Source of the DNA: a virus
Lineage: Duplodnaviria; Caudoviricetes
DNA length: 64,000 nucleotides
IMG/VR virus record: IMGVR_UViG_3300028171_000090
Location: 1 to 64,000 of that record
Strand: one strand, 5' to 3'
Shown here: one piece after another, positions 1 to 9,107 of the stretch
Numbering within the stretch: the stretch's first letter is position 1
Layout of the letters: each line of letters begins with the position of its first letter
Translations under genes and position numbers: made by a program
The notes under the pieces: generated by a model
The model's database searches: none
The model's input: only the letters and a program-made list of their open reading frames with translations
What the model was told of the DNA's origin: nothing

Positions 1-1203
1 CAAATTAAGAAAGCATTCCAAGACTTCGACTACGGTATGTATCAAATCAAAGCATTTGATAAAGAAGTAGAGGCGATGTATGGTTATGCTTCTGATTGTG
101 AATTTGAAGTAGACTTAATTGCAATTAAAGATAAGAAATTTGAATTAAACTTATGGTTCATGAGTGAAAGTGAATTCGATTCTGATGCGATTATCTTCTA
201 TCCAATCGACCATGAATTCGATGCAGTTATCAGTAAAGATACAATGGACTTTGAGTACAGTGTAACTGGTTGGTCTGAAGTTGAATTCGAATACAACATG
301 GTTCATGGTGGAGAATCTGAATGTGAATTTGAAATGGTGCTGTTCAAGCAAGAAGAAGAACTTCATCCATTCGAATATAAATTAGCTACAACTTCTTATC
401 AAGATATTGAAGGGATGACAGGTTATAAATCTGAATCTTCATTCGATATGAATCTATTGAAACGAATTGAGCTTGACAAATCGTTCGAGTCTAAACTAGG
501 TGTAATATCTGATCATGAGTTTGATGGTGGAATTTACATTACTAGACCTTCTGATAATCAGTTCGAGTTAATTCTTTCTAAAGATACATTACCATTCGAA
601 ATGGTATTAAATAAATCTGGTGAAACTACATCTGAATACGAAGCGAACTTACTTGTATTTAAAGAGGTAGAGTTCGATTATGGATTCATGTATATGAGCC
701 AGAAAGATTTAGAATGCGTTCTTAACTTTGAAAGTATTAGCGAGATTGATTTCGCTTACATGAAAGGATATAAGAGTGAAATTGGATTCGAAGCAACGAT
801 TGCAGTATATAGAGAACAAGAATTCGAATCTCTAATTGTAACACCATTAGATAAACCATTCGAAATGAATCTACGTCAGCGTTCTGAAGTGGACTTCGAA
901 ACTCGATTACTGCAATTAAAAGAGAAAGAATTCGAATTAAACCTTTACTTCAAACGTGAAGCGAAATTCGAATTAGACTTAGCGTTCATGAGTGAGCAAA
1001 CATTCGATACGAAAATTGGAGATCAACAAGCCATTGCGTTCGAATCGTTACTTGGTAACTTTATGGACAAAACATTCAATATGGAAATGGGTCATCAGAG
1101 CCTAAGTCCAGAGTTCGAAGGTACTCGCCATCCGGCAAGCTACATCGACTTTGAAATGTTATTAGAGTCTAATCACTTTGAAGGTTACGGCTTCATTATG
1201 TAA
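1..1203 (+). CDS. 5'-truncated repeat protein with F[DE] motif every ~11-14 aa; probable structural/fibrous protein
   Basis: Frame is open from base 1 (QIKKAFQDFDYGM...); about 30 FE/FD repeats; followed by a terminator hairpin. Confidence 0.7.
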   Translation, partial: QIKKAFQDFDYGMYQIKAFDKEVEAMYGYASDCEFEVDLIAIKDKKFELNLWFMSESEFDSDAIIFYPIDHEFDAVISKDTMDFEYSVTGWSEVEFEYNMVHGGESECEFEMVLFKQEEELHPFEYKLATTSYQDIEGMTGYKSESSFDMNLLKRIELDKSFESKLGVISDHEFDGGIYITRPSDNQFELILSKDTLPFEMVLNKSGETTSEYEANLLVFKEVEFDYGFMYMSQKDLECVLNFESISEIDFAYMKGYKSEIGFEATIAVYREQEFESLIVTPLDKPFEMNLRQRSEVDFETRLLQLKEKEFELNLYFKREAKFELDLAFMSEQTFDTKIGDQQAIAFESLLGNFMDKTFNMEMGHQSLSPEFEGTRHPASYIDFEMLLESNHFEGYGFIM

Positions 1204-1208
1204 TCGAC

Positions 1209-1245
1209 AAAAGATATCCCCTATCCAGACGGATAGGGGATTTTT
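1209..1245. terminator. Bidirectional intrinsic terminator
   Basis: Stem ATCCCCTATCC-agac-GGATAGGGGAT with A-run on the left and T-run on the right. Confidence 0.85.
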
Positions 1246-1331
1246 AATCTTTAATTGAAAGGTGAACAACTCCATAATTTTATTGAAAGGAGTTATTAAA
1301 TTACGAGCGTAGTCTTATGTTTGTATTGGTT
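1209..1331 (-). ncRNA. Candidate small RNA, lone member of the AGAYUAYGC family
   Basis: Minus-strand AACA-tctgta-TA at 1342-1331; AGACTACGC at 1315-1307; ends at the 1209-1245 terminator; no ORF. Confidence 0.5.
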
Positions 1332-1373
1332 ATACAGATGTTATAACCATAAAAATCTATTCACCTTTTTAAG

Positions 1374-1391
1374 TATACATTATATAGGTGA
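1374..1391 (+). promoter_or_regulatory. Putative early phage promoter motif TATACATTATATAGGTGA
   Basis: Near-identical intergenic copies at 16437, 18381, 19567 and 50092; weaker copies at 24519, 42639 and 56001. Confidence 0.7.
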
Positions 1392-1430
1392 GAAAATAAA
1401 ACTTTATACAACACTAGGAGGAATTTTATT

Positions 1431-2237
1431 ATGTTTACAAATTCAACAATCGGTCAATATTTCAATCCAATGGTATTAGATTACATCACGAAGTTCGTGA
1501 AGCACAATATAGTTATTACAGATAATAATTTACGAGCAGATGCTATTGTGCAATACCTAAATGAGTATGGATTTAGAGAAATAGGATGTGGTACAAACCG
1601 TATCACATTAAAACATGAGGATGACGATTCTATCGTATTCAAGATTGCATTAGATGAAAGAGGAATCGTAGATAACAATTTAGAAGAAGTGTTATCACCT
1701 AAACTACAACCATACGTTACAGTAATGTATGATAACATTGGTACAATCTCTGCATCAGAGTTCGTGTACACAATGAAGAGTGGTGACATGGATAATTATT
1801 ATAATGGGGTAAGTGAAATTTTACACCGTGTAGGTTCTCGTTATATCTTAAATGACGTTGGACCAAATGAGTTTAAGAACTGGGGTATTAGACCGGAGAC
1901 AAATGAGATTGTAATCTTAGATTACGCTTACCTAACTCCGATTACAGAAGAAATGGACTTTAGCTGTAAAGCACGTATCCCAGGTAAGAAACATAAACGT
2001 TGCGGTGGACCATTAAAATACAATAAAGACTTTAGCAAATTTGTATGTACCCACTGTGATGCTGAGTTTGCAATTGGAGATGTTGCAGCAACACCAGGTC
2101 GTGAGAGTACAAGAGAATTTAATATGACAGGTGTTAATCCTGATAACTATCCTGAGTTAGAAAGAGTTGACTCAAGTCAGTTAGTCTATGAGCGTGATGA
2201 AGATTACGATGACATGGGATTCAATACGTCTAGATAA
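1431..2237 (+). CDS. Protein kinase-like fold protein with C-terminal zinc ribbon
   Basis: GCGTNR glycine loop, VFKIA lysine, D-x5-KN and ILDY motifs; C..C..CTHC at the C-terminus. Confidence 0.65.
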   Translation: MFTNSTIGQYFNPMVLDYITKFVKHNIVITDNNLRADAIVQYLNEYGFREIGCGTNRITLKHEDDDSIVFKIALDERGIVDNNLEEVLSPKLQPYVTVMYDNIGTISASEFVYTMKSGDMDNYYNGVSEILHRVGSRYILNDVGPNEFKNWGIRPETNEIVILDYAYLTPITEEMDFSCKARIPGKKHKRCGGPLKYNKDFSKFVCTHCDAEFAIGDVAATPGRESTREFNMTGVNPDNYPELERVDSSQLVYERDEDYDDMGFNTSR

Positions 2238-2315
2238 ATAATAGGGAACATCCGTAATGGGTGTTCCTGATTTACTTTTGTATATAATATATTATTTTTT
2301 ATGGGAGAGAGAAAT

Positions 2316-2519
2316 ATGAAAAAAGCATTACGTATATTAAGTGATGTAGTAATAACTGGAGTGAGTGTTATAGGTGGTTCAATAATCTTTTGTAAATTAC
2401 TATCATGGCTGATAAGTGTAGAATACAGCATTAAAGAGATTATTGTAATCGATACAATTCTACTAGTCGTTCTATATATTGATATGATTAGTCACTACAG
2501 AAATAATAAAGTTAAATAA
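2316..2519 (+). CDS. Small membrane protein (2 TM)
   Basis: Two hydrophobic stretches; GGGAGAG RBS before ATG 2316. Confidence 0.65.
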   Translation: MKKALRILSDVVITGVSVIGGSIIFCKLLSWLISVEYSIKEIIVIDTILLVVLYIDMISHYRNNKVK

Positions 2520-2536
2520 AAAATATAAATTAGACT

Positions 2537-2818
2537 ATGAGAAACGGGGAAATAATAATGATGATTCTAGATTTCGAAATTAAGAGCAAAGTAGCAAAGA
2601 AAGCAATTACATTTGTTGGAGGACTTATTCCAGTATGTATTGGAAGTTCAATGTACTATTCAATCAATGATCAAGATATGGGTATTCAGGCACCAGTATT
2701 CTTTTATACAATGCTGTACCTGATTTACCATATGCTATTCTCTGTTGCTAAACAAGAAGAAGATAAAAGAATTGAGCAAGCAAAGCGACAATCTAGAATG
2801 GAAAGGTATGGTGCGTAA
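2537..2818 (+). CDS. Small membrane protein
   Basis: Two hydrophobic segments; in operon. Confidence 0.65.
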   Translation: MRNGEIIMMILDFEIKSKVAKKAITFVGGLIPVCIGSSMYYSINDQDMGIQAPVFFYTMLYLIYHMLFSVAKQEEDKRIEQAKRQSRMERYGA

Positions 2819-3075
2819 TGAATAGAGTTATTCACTGTAAAACTTGTTTACAGGTGATGTCTGAAATAGATGAGCCAGTTGATGTAAGGGGTTATATTCC
2901 TGATAAGAATGGATGTATAGGATTCTGTGAAGACTATGATCCTGATGAATATAAAGTCCCAGTAGTGGATACAAAGCCATTACCGAAAGCATTTACGAAG
3001 TATATGAGACAACCTCATTCATTACCATCACAAGCTGTCAAGGCAGAAAGATTGCCACCGAGATTGAAGTTTTAA
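2818..3075 (+). CDS. Hypothetical protein with CxxC motifs
   Basis: CKTC and CIGFC; translationally coupled to the upstream gene. Confidence 0.6.
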   Translation: MNRVIHCKTCLQVMSEIDEPVDVRGYIPDKNGCIGFCEDYDPDEYKVPVVDTKPLPKAFTKYMRQPHSLPSQAVKAERLPPRLKF

Positions 3076-3127
3076 AATACTTACGACAGCATATTGATAA
3101 ATAAATTATATTATTGGAGGAATCAAT

Positions 3128-4003
3128 ATGATACTACTATTAACGGAAGAACAAGCCCAAAAGAAGGCGTTCAAGAATGTATTTAAAATTATTGTAAGTC
3201 AGCAAGTACGACCATTTGATAAAACTTGCTTGACACTATCAAAAGGCTTAATACCATCGGAGCAATTATTCGGTGCATTTGCAGGAGGCAATATTAATGC
3301 CGATAAATATTATAAAGAATATGTAAAAGATATTAAAAATACTGATTCTATTATGGCATCATTTGTTGCCTTAGGATTAAGCTATCAACAGAATCGTGTG
3401 TTAGCTTTAGTATGCTCTGCTGAAGAAATGCAATATCTATATTTAGGATTCTTAGCAGACTATTTAGAAAGACGTTATGGTATCGCATATATGGGATACA
3501 AAACATATAAAAAGAAATTCGGTAGACTGGATGATATTGCTGGAGAAATGGAAGATGATAATGTCCAAAAGCTATTTAAAGATGCGAAAAAATATAAAGA
3601 ATATATCTTTGGTGAAGATGTAGAAATGGATACACCAAAGAAGAAAAAGAAATCTAAGAAGAAAGATAAGAAAGAGAAACGTTATTGCTATGACCGAATG
3701 GGTCGAGCTACTAGATTAAAAAATGATAAAGAAAAGAAAGGTAAGAAGAAGCATAAGAAGAAAAAAGTTGAGGATATGAGTTTTAAAGAGCTTATGGAAG
3801 CAAGAAAGAAAAACGCTAAAGAAACTCGTAAGATTCTAGCAAAGAAACAAAAGGAAAAAGAAGTAGGAATATATGATAAGCATGTATTCAATAAGAGTGG
3901 AATCGGAGAGAAACCAGCAAAGAAAGGAAAAGCTTTCGTTGAGGATAAATACGGAAACCGAATTCGTAAAGCTAGAGTATATAGAGTTAGGAGAGGTAAG
4001 TAA
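3128..4003 (+). CDS. Hypothetical protein, possible DUF488-like N-domain plus very Lys-rich tail
   Basis: LIPSEQL...Y...Y...LVC pattern; KKKKKSKKKDKK-type C-half; GGAGG RBS. Confidence 0.6.
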   Translation: MILLLTEEQAQKKAFKNVFKIIVSQQVRPFDKTCLTLSKGLIPSEQLFGAFAGGNINADKYYKEYVKDIKNTDSIMASFVALGLSYQQNRVLALVCSAEEMQYLYLGFLADYLERRYGIAYMGYKTYKKKFGRLDDIAGEMEDDNVQKLFKDAKKYKEYIFGEDVEMDTPKKKKKSKKKDKKEKRYCYDRMGRATRLKNDKEKKGKKKHKKKKVEDMSFKELMEARKKNAKETRKILAKKQKEKEVGIYDKHVFNKSGIGEKPAKKGKAFVEDKYGNRIRKARVYRVRRGK

Positions 4004-4473
4004 TGTTATTTTATGCAAGTGACACTGAATTAGATAAAATACCATCATCGTATATTACGATGATGGTGTCTAATGCTTTAAATGTGGATCATGAGGGTAT
4101 GGTTAGTTTAAAGATACTTATGCCTGATCCACATAGTCATTTATTTAAAGCGGGTAATAAGAAATTATATATTAAAGAAACGATTAAAGATAAGAAGAAG
4201 ATGCCTTATATTGTATCATTATTGATGCAATTAAATAGAGGTGCTCATATCGTTTTAGTATATATTCCTGAAGAACGAGACCCATATAATTTCAATTACT
4301 GTAAAGCATTGTGTAAATATATCGAGAAGACCTTCGGGTATCCTGGGTATAAGTTTACAAATGATATCACACTAGATATGAAGAGAAGTAGCAAGATGTC
4401 AGAAGAAGGATATCTTGAGTACATGAGTCTACTAGACAAGTTCTCTGGTGTACTAAGTGGTGATAAGGTGTGA
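4003..4473 (+). CDS. Hypothetical protein, paralog of the N-domain of 3128-4003
   Basis: Shared L.P...G...Y.KE..K...LV...EE...L..Y.E...G pattern. Confidence 0.6.
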   Translation: MLFYASDTELDKIPSSYITMMVSNALNVDHEGMVSLKILMPDPHSHLFKAGNKKLYIKETIKDKKKMPYIVSLLMQLNRGAHIVLVYIPEERDPYNFNYCKALCKYIEKTFGYPGYKFTNDITLDMKRSSKMSEEGYLEYMSLLDKFSGVLSGDKV

Positions 4474-5240
4474 GTAACACTCTTTACGTAAAACATAATT
4501 ATTTAGATAAATCATTAAATCATATTGTATCTGCTAGTATCAAAGAATATGATATTAAGTCAGCAGGTTTCAATATGTTAATTGCAGCAAAAGCGATACC
4601 TCAAACAAAGATTGATGAGTTAAACGCTATGCCAAAGAAAGAGCGAAACATCAAGATTGGGTTAATGATTAAAAAGGATAAAGAACTTGGTAAAATTATT
4701 AATCAGAATCTCGTTGAATATCGTAGAACGTTCATGGAACGAAATAATATTAGTGATGCTAGTATTCTAAGTATTAAGAAGGATGCAATCTTCTTAATCA
4801 ATCAACCTGTAACTTCTACGAAGTTCGGGAATGTGGAATTTGTATTAAAGAATCGATACTCTAGTTATTATAACTTAGGGGATATCGAGTTTTATTATAG
4901 TAGAGAATATTTACATATCAAAGGCTTGGGGAAAGATGTGCCAAAGATACATCGTAAATATATGATTAAGTTCTTACGTAAGTTATTTAGACAAGCAGAG
5001 GAAGTAACGGATATGAGTATCATATGTCAAGCCGTTCGTACATTTGCTGACGACTATCGTAAGAAGAAATTAGATATAGAGTATTACAGAGAGATGAATT
5101 CAGACTCTATGTTTATGCTGAACTCAGGAGGTATTATGGGTACTTCATATAAAGTCCCATGGACTCCTGATTTAGAAATGATTGATATACGTTATAACTA
5201 CATGACGTATATTGTACCATTAATTAAAATATTTTTCTAA
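4470..5240 (+). CDS. Putative B-family DNA polymerase palm fragment (split polymerase subunit)
   Basis: YDIKSAGF resembles motif A and IKKDAIF resembles motif C; no exonuclease domain. Confidence 0.5.
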   Translation: MSNTLYVKHNYLDKSLNHIVSASIKEYDIKSAGFNMLIAAKAIPQTKIDELNAMPKKERNIKIGLMIKKDKELGKIINQNLVEYRRTFMERNNISDASILSIKKDAIFLINQPVTSTKFGNVEFVLKNRYSSYYNLGDIEFYYSREYLHIKGLGKDVPKIHRKYMIKFLRKLFRQAEEVTDMSIICQAVRTFADDYRKKKLDIEYYREMNSDSMFMLNSGGIMGTSYKVPWTPDLEMIDIRYNYMTYIVPLIKIFF

Positions 5241-5254
5241 GGGAGAGAAGAAAT

Positions 5255-5635
5255 ATGTTTAACAAACCAGTTAGAATTGATGAAGAAGGATTTATTAATT
5301 GGGACCATCCTATTATTAAGGATTGGTTATTCCATTCTAATCTACGTTTAAGTATGAGTGATATAAACCGTGAATTAAAGGTAAAATCTAAAGTAATTAA
5401 CACCCCATTTACAAAGTTGAGCCTATTCATATACAAGATAGGATTCAAACTTATACCATGCAAGATTCAATATCAATTATTTGTAAAGGATGGTATACAT
5501 ACTGCTAGATTCCCAGAGTTTGTAGCTCATGATACTGAAGCTATTGTGAATTACATTATTGCTTTCCATCGTAATGAAATGATGACTAAAAAGAAAGAAA
5601 ATAATGAGAAAGCGATGGTAAAACAGAATGGGTAA
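5255..5635 (+). CDS. Hypothetical protein
   Basis: ORF with RBS, in operon. Confidence 0.65.
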   Translation: MFNKPVRIDEEGFINWDHPIIKDWLFHSNLRLSMSDINRELKVKSKVINTPFTKLSLFIYKIGFKLIPCKIQYQLFVKDGIHTARFPEFVAHDTEAIVNYIIAFHRNEMMTKKKENNEKAMVKQNG

Positions 5636-6050
5636 AGAATTAGTATTTGTATTGCTATCGGATAAAGATGATGATATTAAAATTGAAGATGTAGAAATTA
5701 TACGAAAAGATAAAACATTAACTCTTACAGGTATGCCCTCCGCGGTAACGTATGAATTTAGACCTGATATCATAATTAATAACTCGGTTGTAGATGCATT
5801 TATATGCTATCCTGCCACTGAGTCTACAAGACTTTTAAATGAAACTGTAGATAGTTTTGATAAGCTATATATTTTACATCCAACTGAGAAAGCTAATTTC
5901 ATAGCGGGTGTAGGGCGTTTAAATATACCTAAAAAGGAATTTACAAAAAAGTTAGGAGAAAAGATACGTGAAAGTGAAAGATTAACGAATGAAGATGTAG
6001 AACGAATTATGAAATTTGTATCAAACGCAAAATTCTGGGAGGATCAATAA
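5628..6050 (+). CDS. Hypothetical protein
   Basis: Overlapping, coupled ORF. Confidence 0.65.
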   Translation: MGKELVFVLLSDKDDDIKIEDVEIIRKDKTLTLTGMPSAVTYEFRPDIIINNSVVDAFICYPATESTRLLNETVDSFDKLYILHPTEKANFIAGVGRLNIPKKEFTKKLGEKIRESERLTNEDVERIMKFVSNAKFWEDQ

Positions 6051-6466
6051 TGTTTGGTATAACTGATTGGGATATTGACCATACATTCTCTATGAATGGT
6101 GTGTCAGGATGTACCTTAGATATTAGAACGGAAGCTCTTATAACAAAGATAGAGCGTATTGGTATTGCTTGTCGATACATATATCGTGATAATCTAGTTG
6201 AACCTAAGTTAATGATATTCCATCATAAAGACGATGAAAGATTTCATGATGGTCGAATAGGTAATATTCCAGGAGTAACATCCAGTTCATTATTGCATGT
6301 GCCACTTGGAAATATACAAGTATACTTTATTCCAAAGTCAAAGTTGGAGCCAAACTATATAAAAGTTACTTATCAGCCGACTACGGAATATAAATATTGG
6401 CTGGGTTCACTTCCAGTGCCAGGAGAAATAATCATGAAGGGGTCAGAAGATAATGAAATTAGATGA
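6050..6466 (+). CDS. Hypothetical protein
   Basis: TAATG coupling. Confidence 0.65.
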   Translation: MFGITDWDIDHTFSMNGVSGCTLDIRTEALITKIERIGIACRYIYRDNLVEPKLMIFHHKDDERFHDGRIGNIPGVTSSSLLHVPLGNIQVYFIPKSKLEPNYIKVTYQPTTEYKYWLGSLPVPGEIIMKGSEDNEIR

Positions 6467-6929
6467 TACTACTTATTTATACAATAGCTTATTTGAAGCA
6501 CCTAAGGAATTTCGTATGGTGCAATGTATTTCAGGCGACGCTAAAATGGGAGCGGGTTTAGCGAAAGAAACTTGTGAACGATTCCCTGAAGTGGAAGATT
6601 TTAGACGTCGTTATGATTTAGAAACAGGAATGGTAGCATGTCCTATGACAGTACCATCTGTAGCATCAGTCGGGCAACATTTACTATTAGTTACGAAACG
6701 TGACTATTGGGATAAGCCCGGTTATGCAGGATTAGTTCGAGCATTAGTGTATCTAAAAGAAGCGTCAGTTAAGATGGGATGGAATAAGCTTGCCATCCCT
6801 CATCTTGGATGCGGATTAGATAAACTACGATGGGTAACTGTTAAGGAACTCATTATAGATATCTTCCAGGATACAGATATCGAGATAAGAGTATACGGTA
6901 ACAAAGAATGGTTAATTAAAATAGACTAA
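6453..6929 (+). CDS. TARG1/DarG-class macrodomain protein (ADP-ribose hydrolase)
   Basis: VQCISGDAKMGAGLAK, LVTKRDYWDKP and LAIPHLGCGLDKLRW motifs. Confidence 0.85.
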   Translation: MKLDDTTYLYNSLFEAPKEFRMVQCISGDAKMGAGLAKETCERFPEVEDFRRRYDLETGMVACPMTVPSVASVGQHLLLVTKRDYWDKPGYAGLVRALVYLKEASVKMGWNKLAIPHLGCGLDKLRWVTVKELIIDIFQDTDIEIRVYGNKEWLIKID

Positions 6930-6952
6930 TACATAATAAGGGAGTAATAATA

Positions 6953-7315
6953 ATGAAAATCAAAGATATCGACTTAAAAGGAAAACAATTGATAGTAGAA
7001 GTATTAGCTGAAAAATCTAGATGGACGTTAGATGAAGATATCGCGTGTTCTCGAATCAATGGATTCGTAGATCAATTAAACTTGCCAAAACGATATGCTT
7101 TATTAGCTGAAGTCTGGTGGGATGAAGAATATAATAGTAATATATTTTATAGATTAGCAGAGTATGATAGAGAAACCAATATTATTGCCAGTGCAACACC
7201 GGCAGTACCTGATAAGACACTTATTCATTGGATTCTATCAGGTGTAACTATGGGTATATCAAATCATGTTACTAATATATCTAATACTATAAAACAGCTA
7301 TCGGAGGAGAACTAA
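6953..7315 (+). CDS. Hypothetical protein
   Basis: AGGGAG RBS. Confidence 0.65.
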   Translation: MKIKDIDLKGKQLIVEVLAEKSRWTLDEDIACSRINGFVDQLNLPKRYALLAEVWWDEEYNSNIFYRLAEYDRETNIIASATPAVPDKTLIHWILSGVTMGISNHVTNISNTIKQLSEEN

Positions 7316-7317
7316 TT

Positions 7318-7893
7318 ATGGGACTATTAACTACAGAAGAATCTAATATATTCTTAACAGCTGATACACACTTTTCAGATGAATATACACGAAAGCGTTC
7401 TCGTCGTCCATTTGGGGATATCAATGCAATGGACTTAGCAATGATTGATCGCTGGAATAACAAAGTAAAACCGAATGATAAAGTTATCCATGTCGGTGAT
7501 TTCGGCAACTATGACATGGTTAGTAAGTTGAATGGTAATATCACGTTATTGGCGGGGAACCATGAACGTGATGATGTAGAAGCTGGAAAAATTAATGAGC
7601 AATATCTTTTAAGCTTAGGTTTCAAGGATGTGTATTTAGAAGACAAACGAATATTCATCACATTAGATGGCGAACCATTCGAACTAGTTCACGAACCTAG
7701 TTATTCTACAACGAATAACTATACAATATTTGGTCATATACATAAATTACAAATGGTCAAACGTGGTGGGTTGAATGTTGGAGTGGATTGTCATAACTAT
7801 GAACCACTTAGCTTGAAAGAAGTATTTGCATTTAAGAAAGAATTTAGCAGAGCACATACAAACTTTAATAAAGAAGTATTCTACCAATTTTAA
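7318..7893 (+). CDS. Calcineurin-like metallophosphoesterase
   Basis: DTH, GDF, GNHE, GHIH and NVGVD motifs. Confidence 0.85.
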   Translation: MGLLTTEESNIFLTADTHFSDEYTRKRSRRPFGDINAMDLAMIDRWNNKVKPNDKVIHVGDFGNYDMVSKLNGNITLLAGNHERDDVEAGKINEQYLLSLGFKDVYLEDKRIFITLDGEPFELVHEPSYSTTNNYTIFGHIHKLQMVKRGGLNVGVDCHNYEPLSLKEVFAFKKEFSRAHTNFNKEVFYQF

Positions 7894-7916
7894 GAAGGTA
7901 AAGGGAGACGAGAAAC

Positions 7917-8588
7917 ATGACAAATGTAGAAACGATTTATACACCATTAACAAAAGAATTTAATGAGGAATTATTTAATCAACTTGCTATGGTAAATAGT
8001 GAGTTTGAACGTATTGGGGCTGAGGAACGTTTAGAGATAGAATGTAAAACGATTACTGAACGTATTTTACTTTTCTCTAAATACACATACCCCCACTTCA
8101 GAATTAACTTAAAAATGCATGACGTGGTATTCAATCAAATGGATACATATCATGTGGAAGTGGTTGATGCTTACTTGAAAGGTATTCTATTTACAACAAT
8201 CATCAAGCATAAGCCGGAAGATAATATACCGGCTCAACCAAGTGATGAATTTGTAATTCGTTATACACCGTGGGAAAATGAATTACATCCTGATATCAGA
8301 TTCCATCCAATGATTCAAAAGATAAATGCTCTTGTGAGGAATTATCTAGGTGAAGAGGATAGTTATCAGATATACATTGCAAACCGAATCAAGTATACAA
8401 ATAAATCACAGTACACTGAAAGTGTTATTACATGTAATAAAATAGGACAACTTGATTGGTTCTTTGTTACAGAAGAATTTGCAAAACCTGATACGAGTAA
8501 TGTATTACTAGAGTTATTTGATTCACCTGGAAAACTGTACAAAGCAATTGATCGTTATAGATTAGCAGAAGCTAATAACAACGAATAA
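7917..8588 (+). CDS. Hypothetical protein
   Basis: ORF with RBS; ends at a terminator. Confidence 0.7.
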   Translation: MTNVETIYTPLTKEFNEELFNQLAMVNSEFERIGAEERLEIECKTITERILLFSKYTYPHFRINLKMHDVVFNQMDTYHVEVVDAYLKGILFTTIIKHKPEDNIPAQPSDEFVIRYTPWENELHPDIRFHPMIQKINALVRNYLGEEDSYQIYIANRIKYTNKSQYTESVITCNKIGQLDWFFVTEEFAKPDTSNVLLELFDSPGKLYKAIDRYRLAEANNNE

Positions 8589-8631
8589 AAAGGGAGGATA
8601 GAGCGCTTAGGCTCTATCCTCTTCTTTATTT
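8587..8631. terminator. Bidirectional terminator between convergent genes
   Basis: GAGGATAGAGC-gcttag-GCTCTATCCTC flanked by A and T runs. Confidence 0.85.
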
Positions 8632-8634
8632 AAA

Positions 8635-9093
8635 TTACTTTATTTCATTTTTTTCTAAACTTATCTGTAAAACTACTGGATGAATCGTTTTATAGATATA
8701 CAATGTTAGTCCGTCTTGAGAGAAATATTGATGTAATAATTCTTTATAATCATCAGACAAGACTAAGTATATATCATCAATAATTGCCTGCATAGTTTTT
8801 TCAAATGTTTTATCATTAATGTATGCAGGACCGAATTGCTTAATATTCATTTCCAAATGGTATTTCAATTGCTGTTGTACGACATCATTCAGTACAGCAA
8901 GCACATTTTCAATAGGTATCGAATATACCTGTGCGTTTATTTTTTTGGTAGTTTCTTGTACTGGTTGCACGGCTACCTTTTCATTTACTTTTGTTAGTAA
9001 TCGTTTTATTAGGAAGAATAACATAACCGCCCATAATAAAACAAACCCAATACAAATCAATAAGATTGACCAAAAATTCACTAACATATACAA
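8635..9093 (-). CDS. Membrane-anchored hypothetical protein
   Basis: N-terminal TM helix. Confidence 0.7.
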   Translation of the reverse strand: MYMLVNFWSILLICIGFVLLWAVMLFFLIKRLLTKVNEKVAVQPVQETTKKINAQVYSIPIENVLAVLNDVVQQQLKYHLEMNIKQFGPAYINDKTFEKTMQAIIDDIYLVLSDDYKELLHQYFSQDGLTLYIYKTIHPVVLQISLEKNEIK

Positions 9094-9107
9094 CTTCCTC
9101 TCACTTA

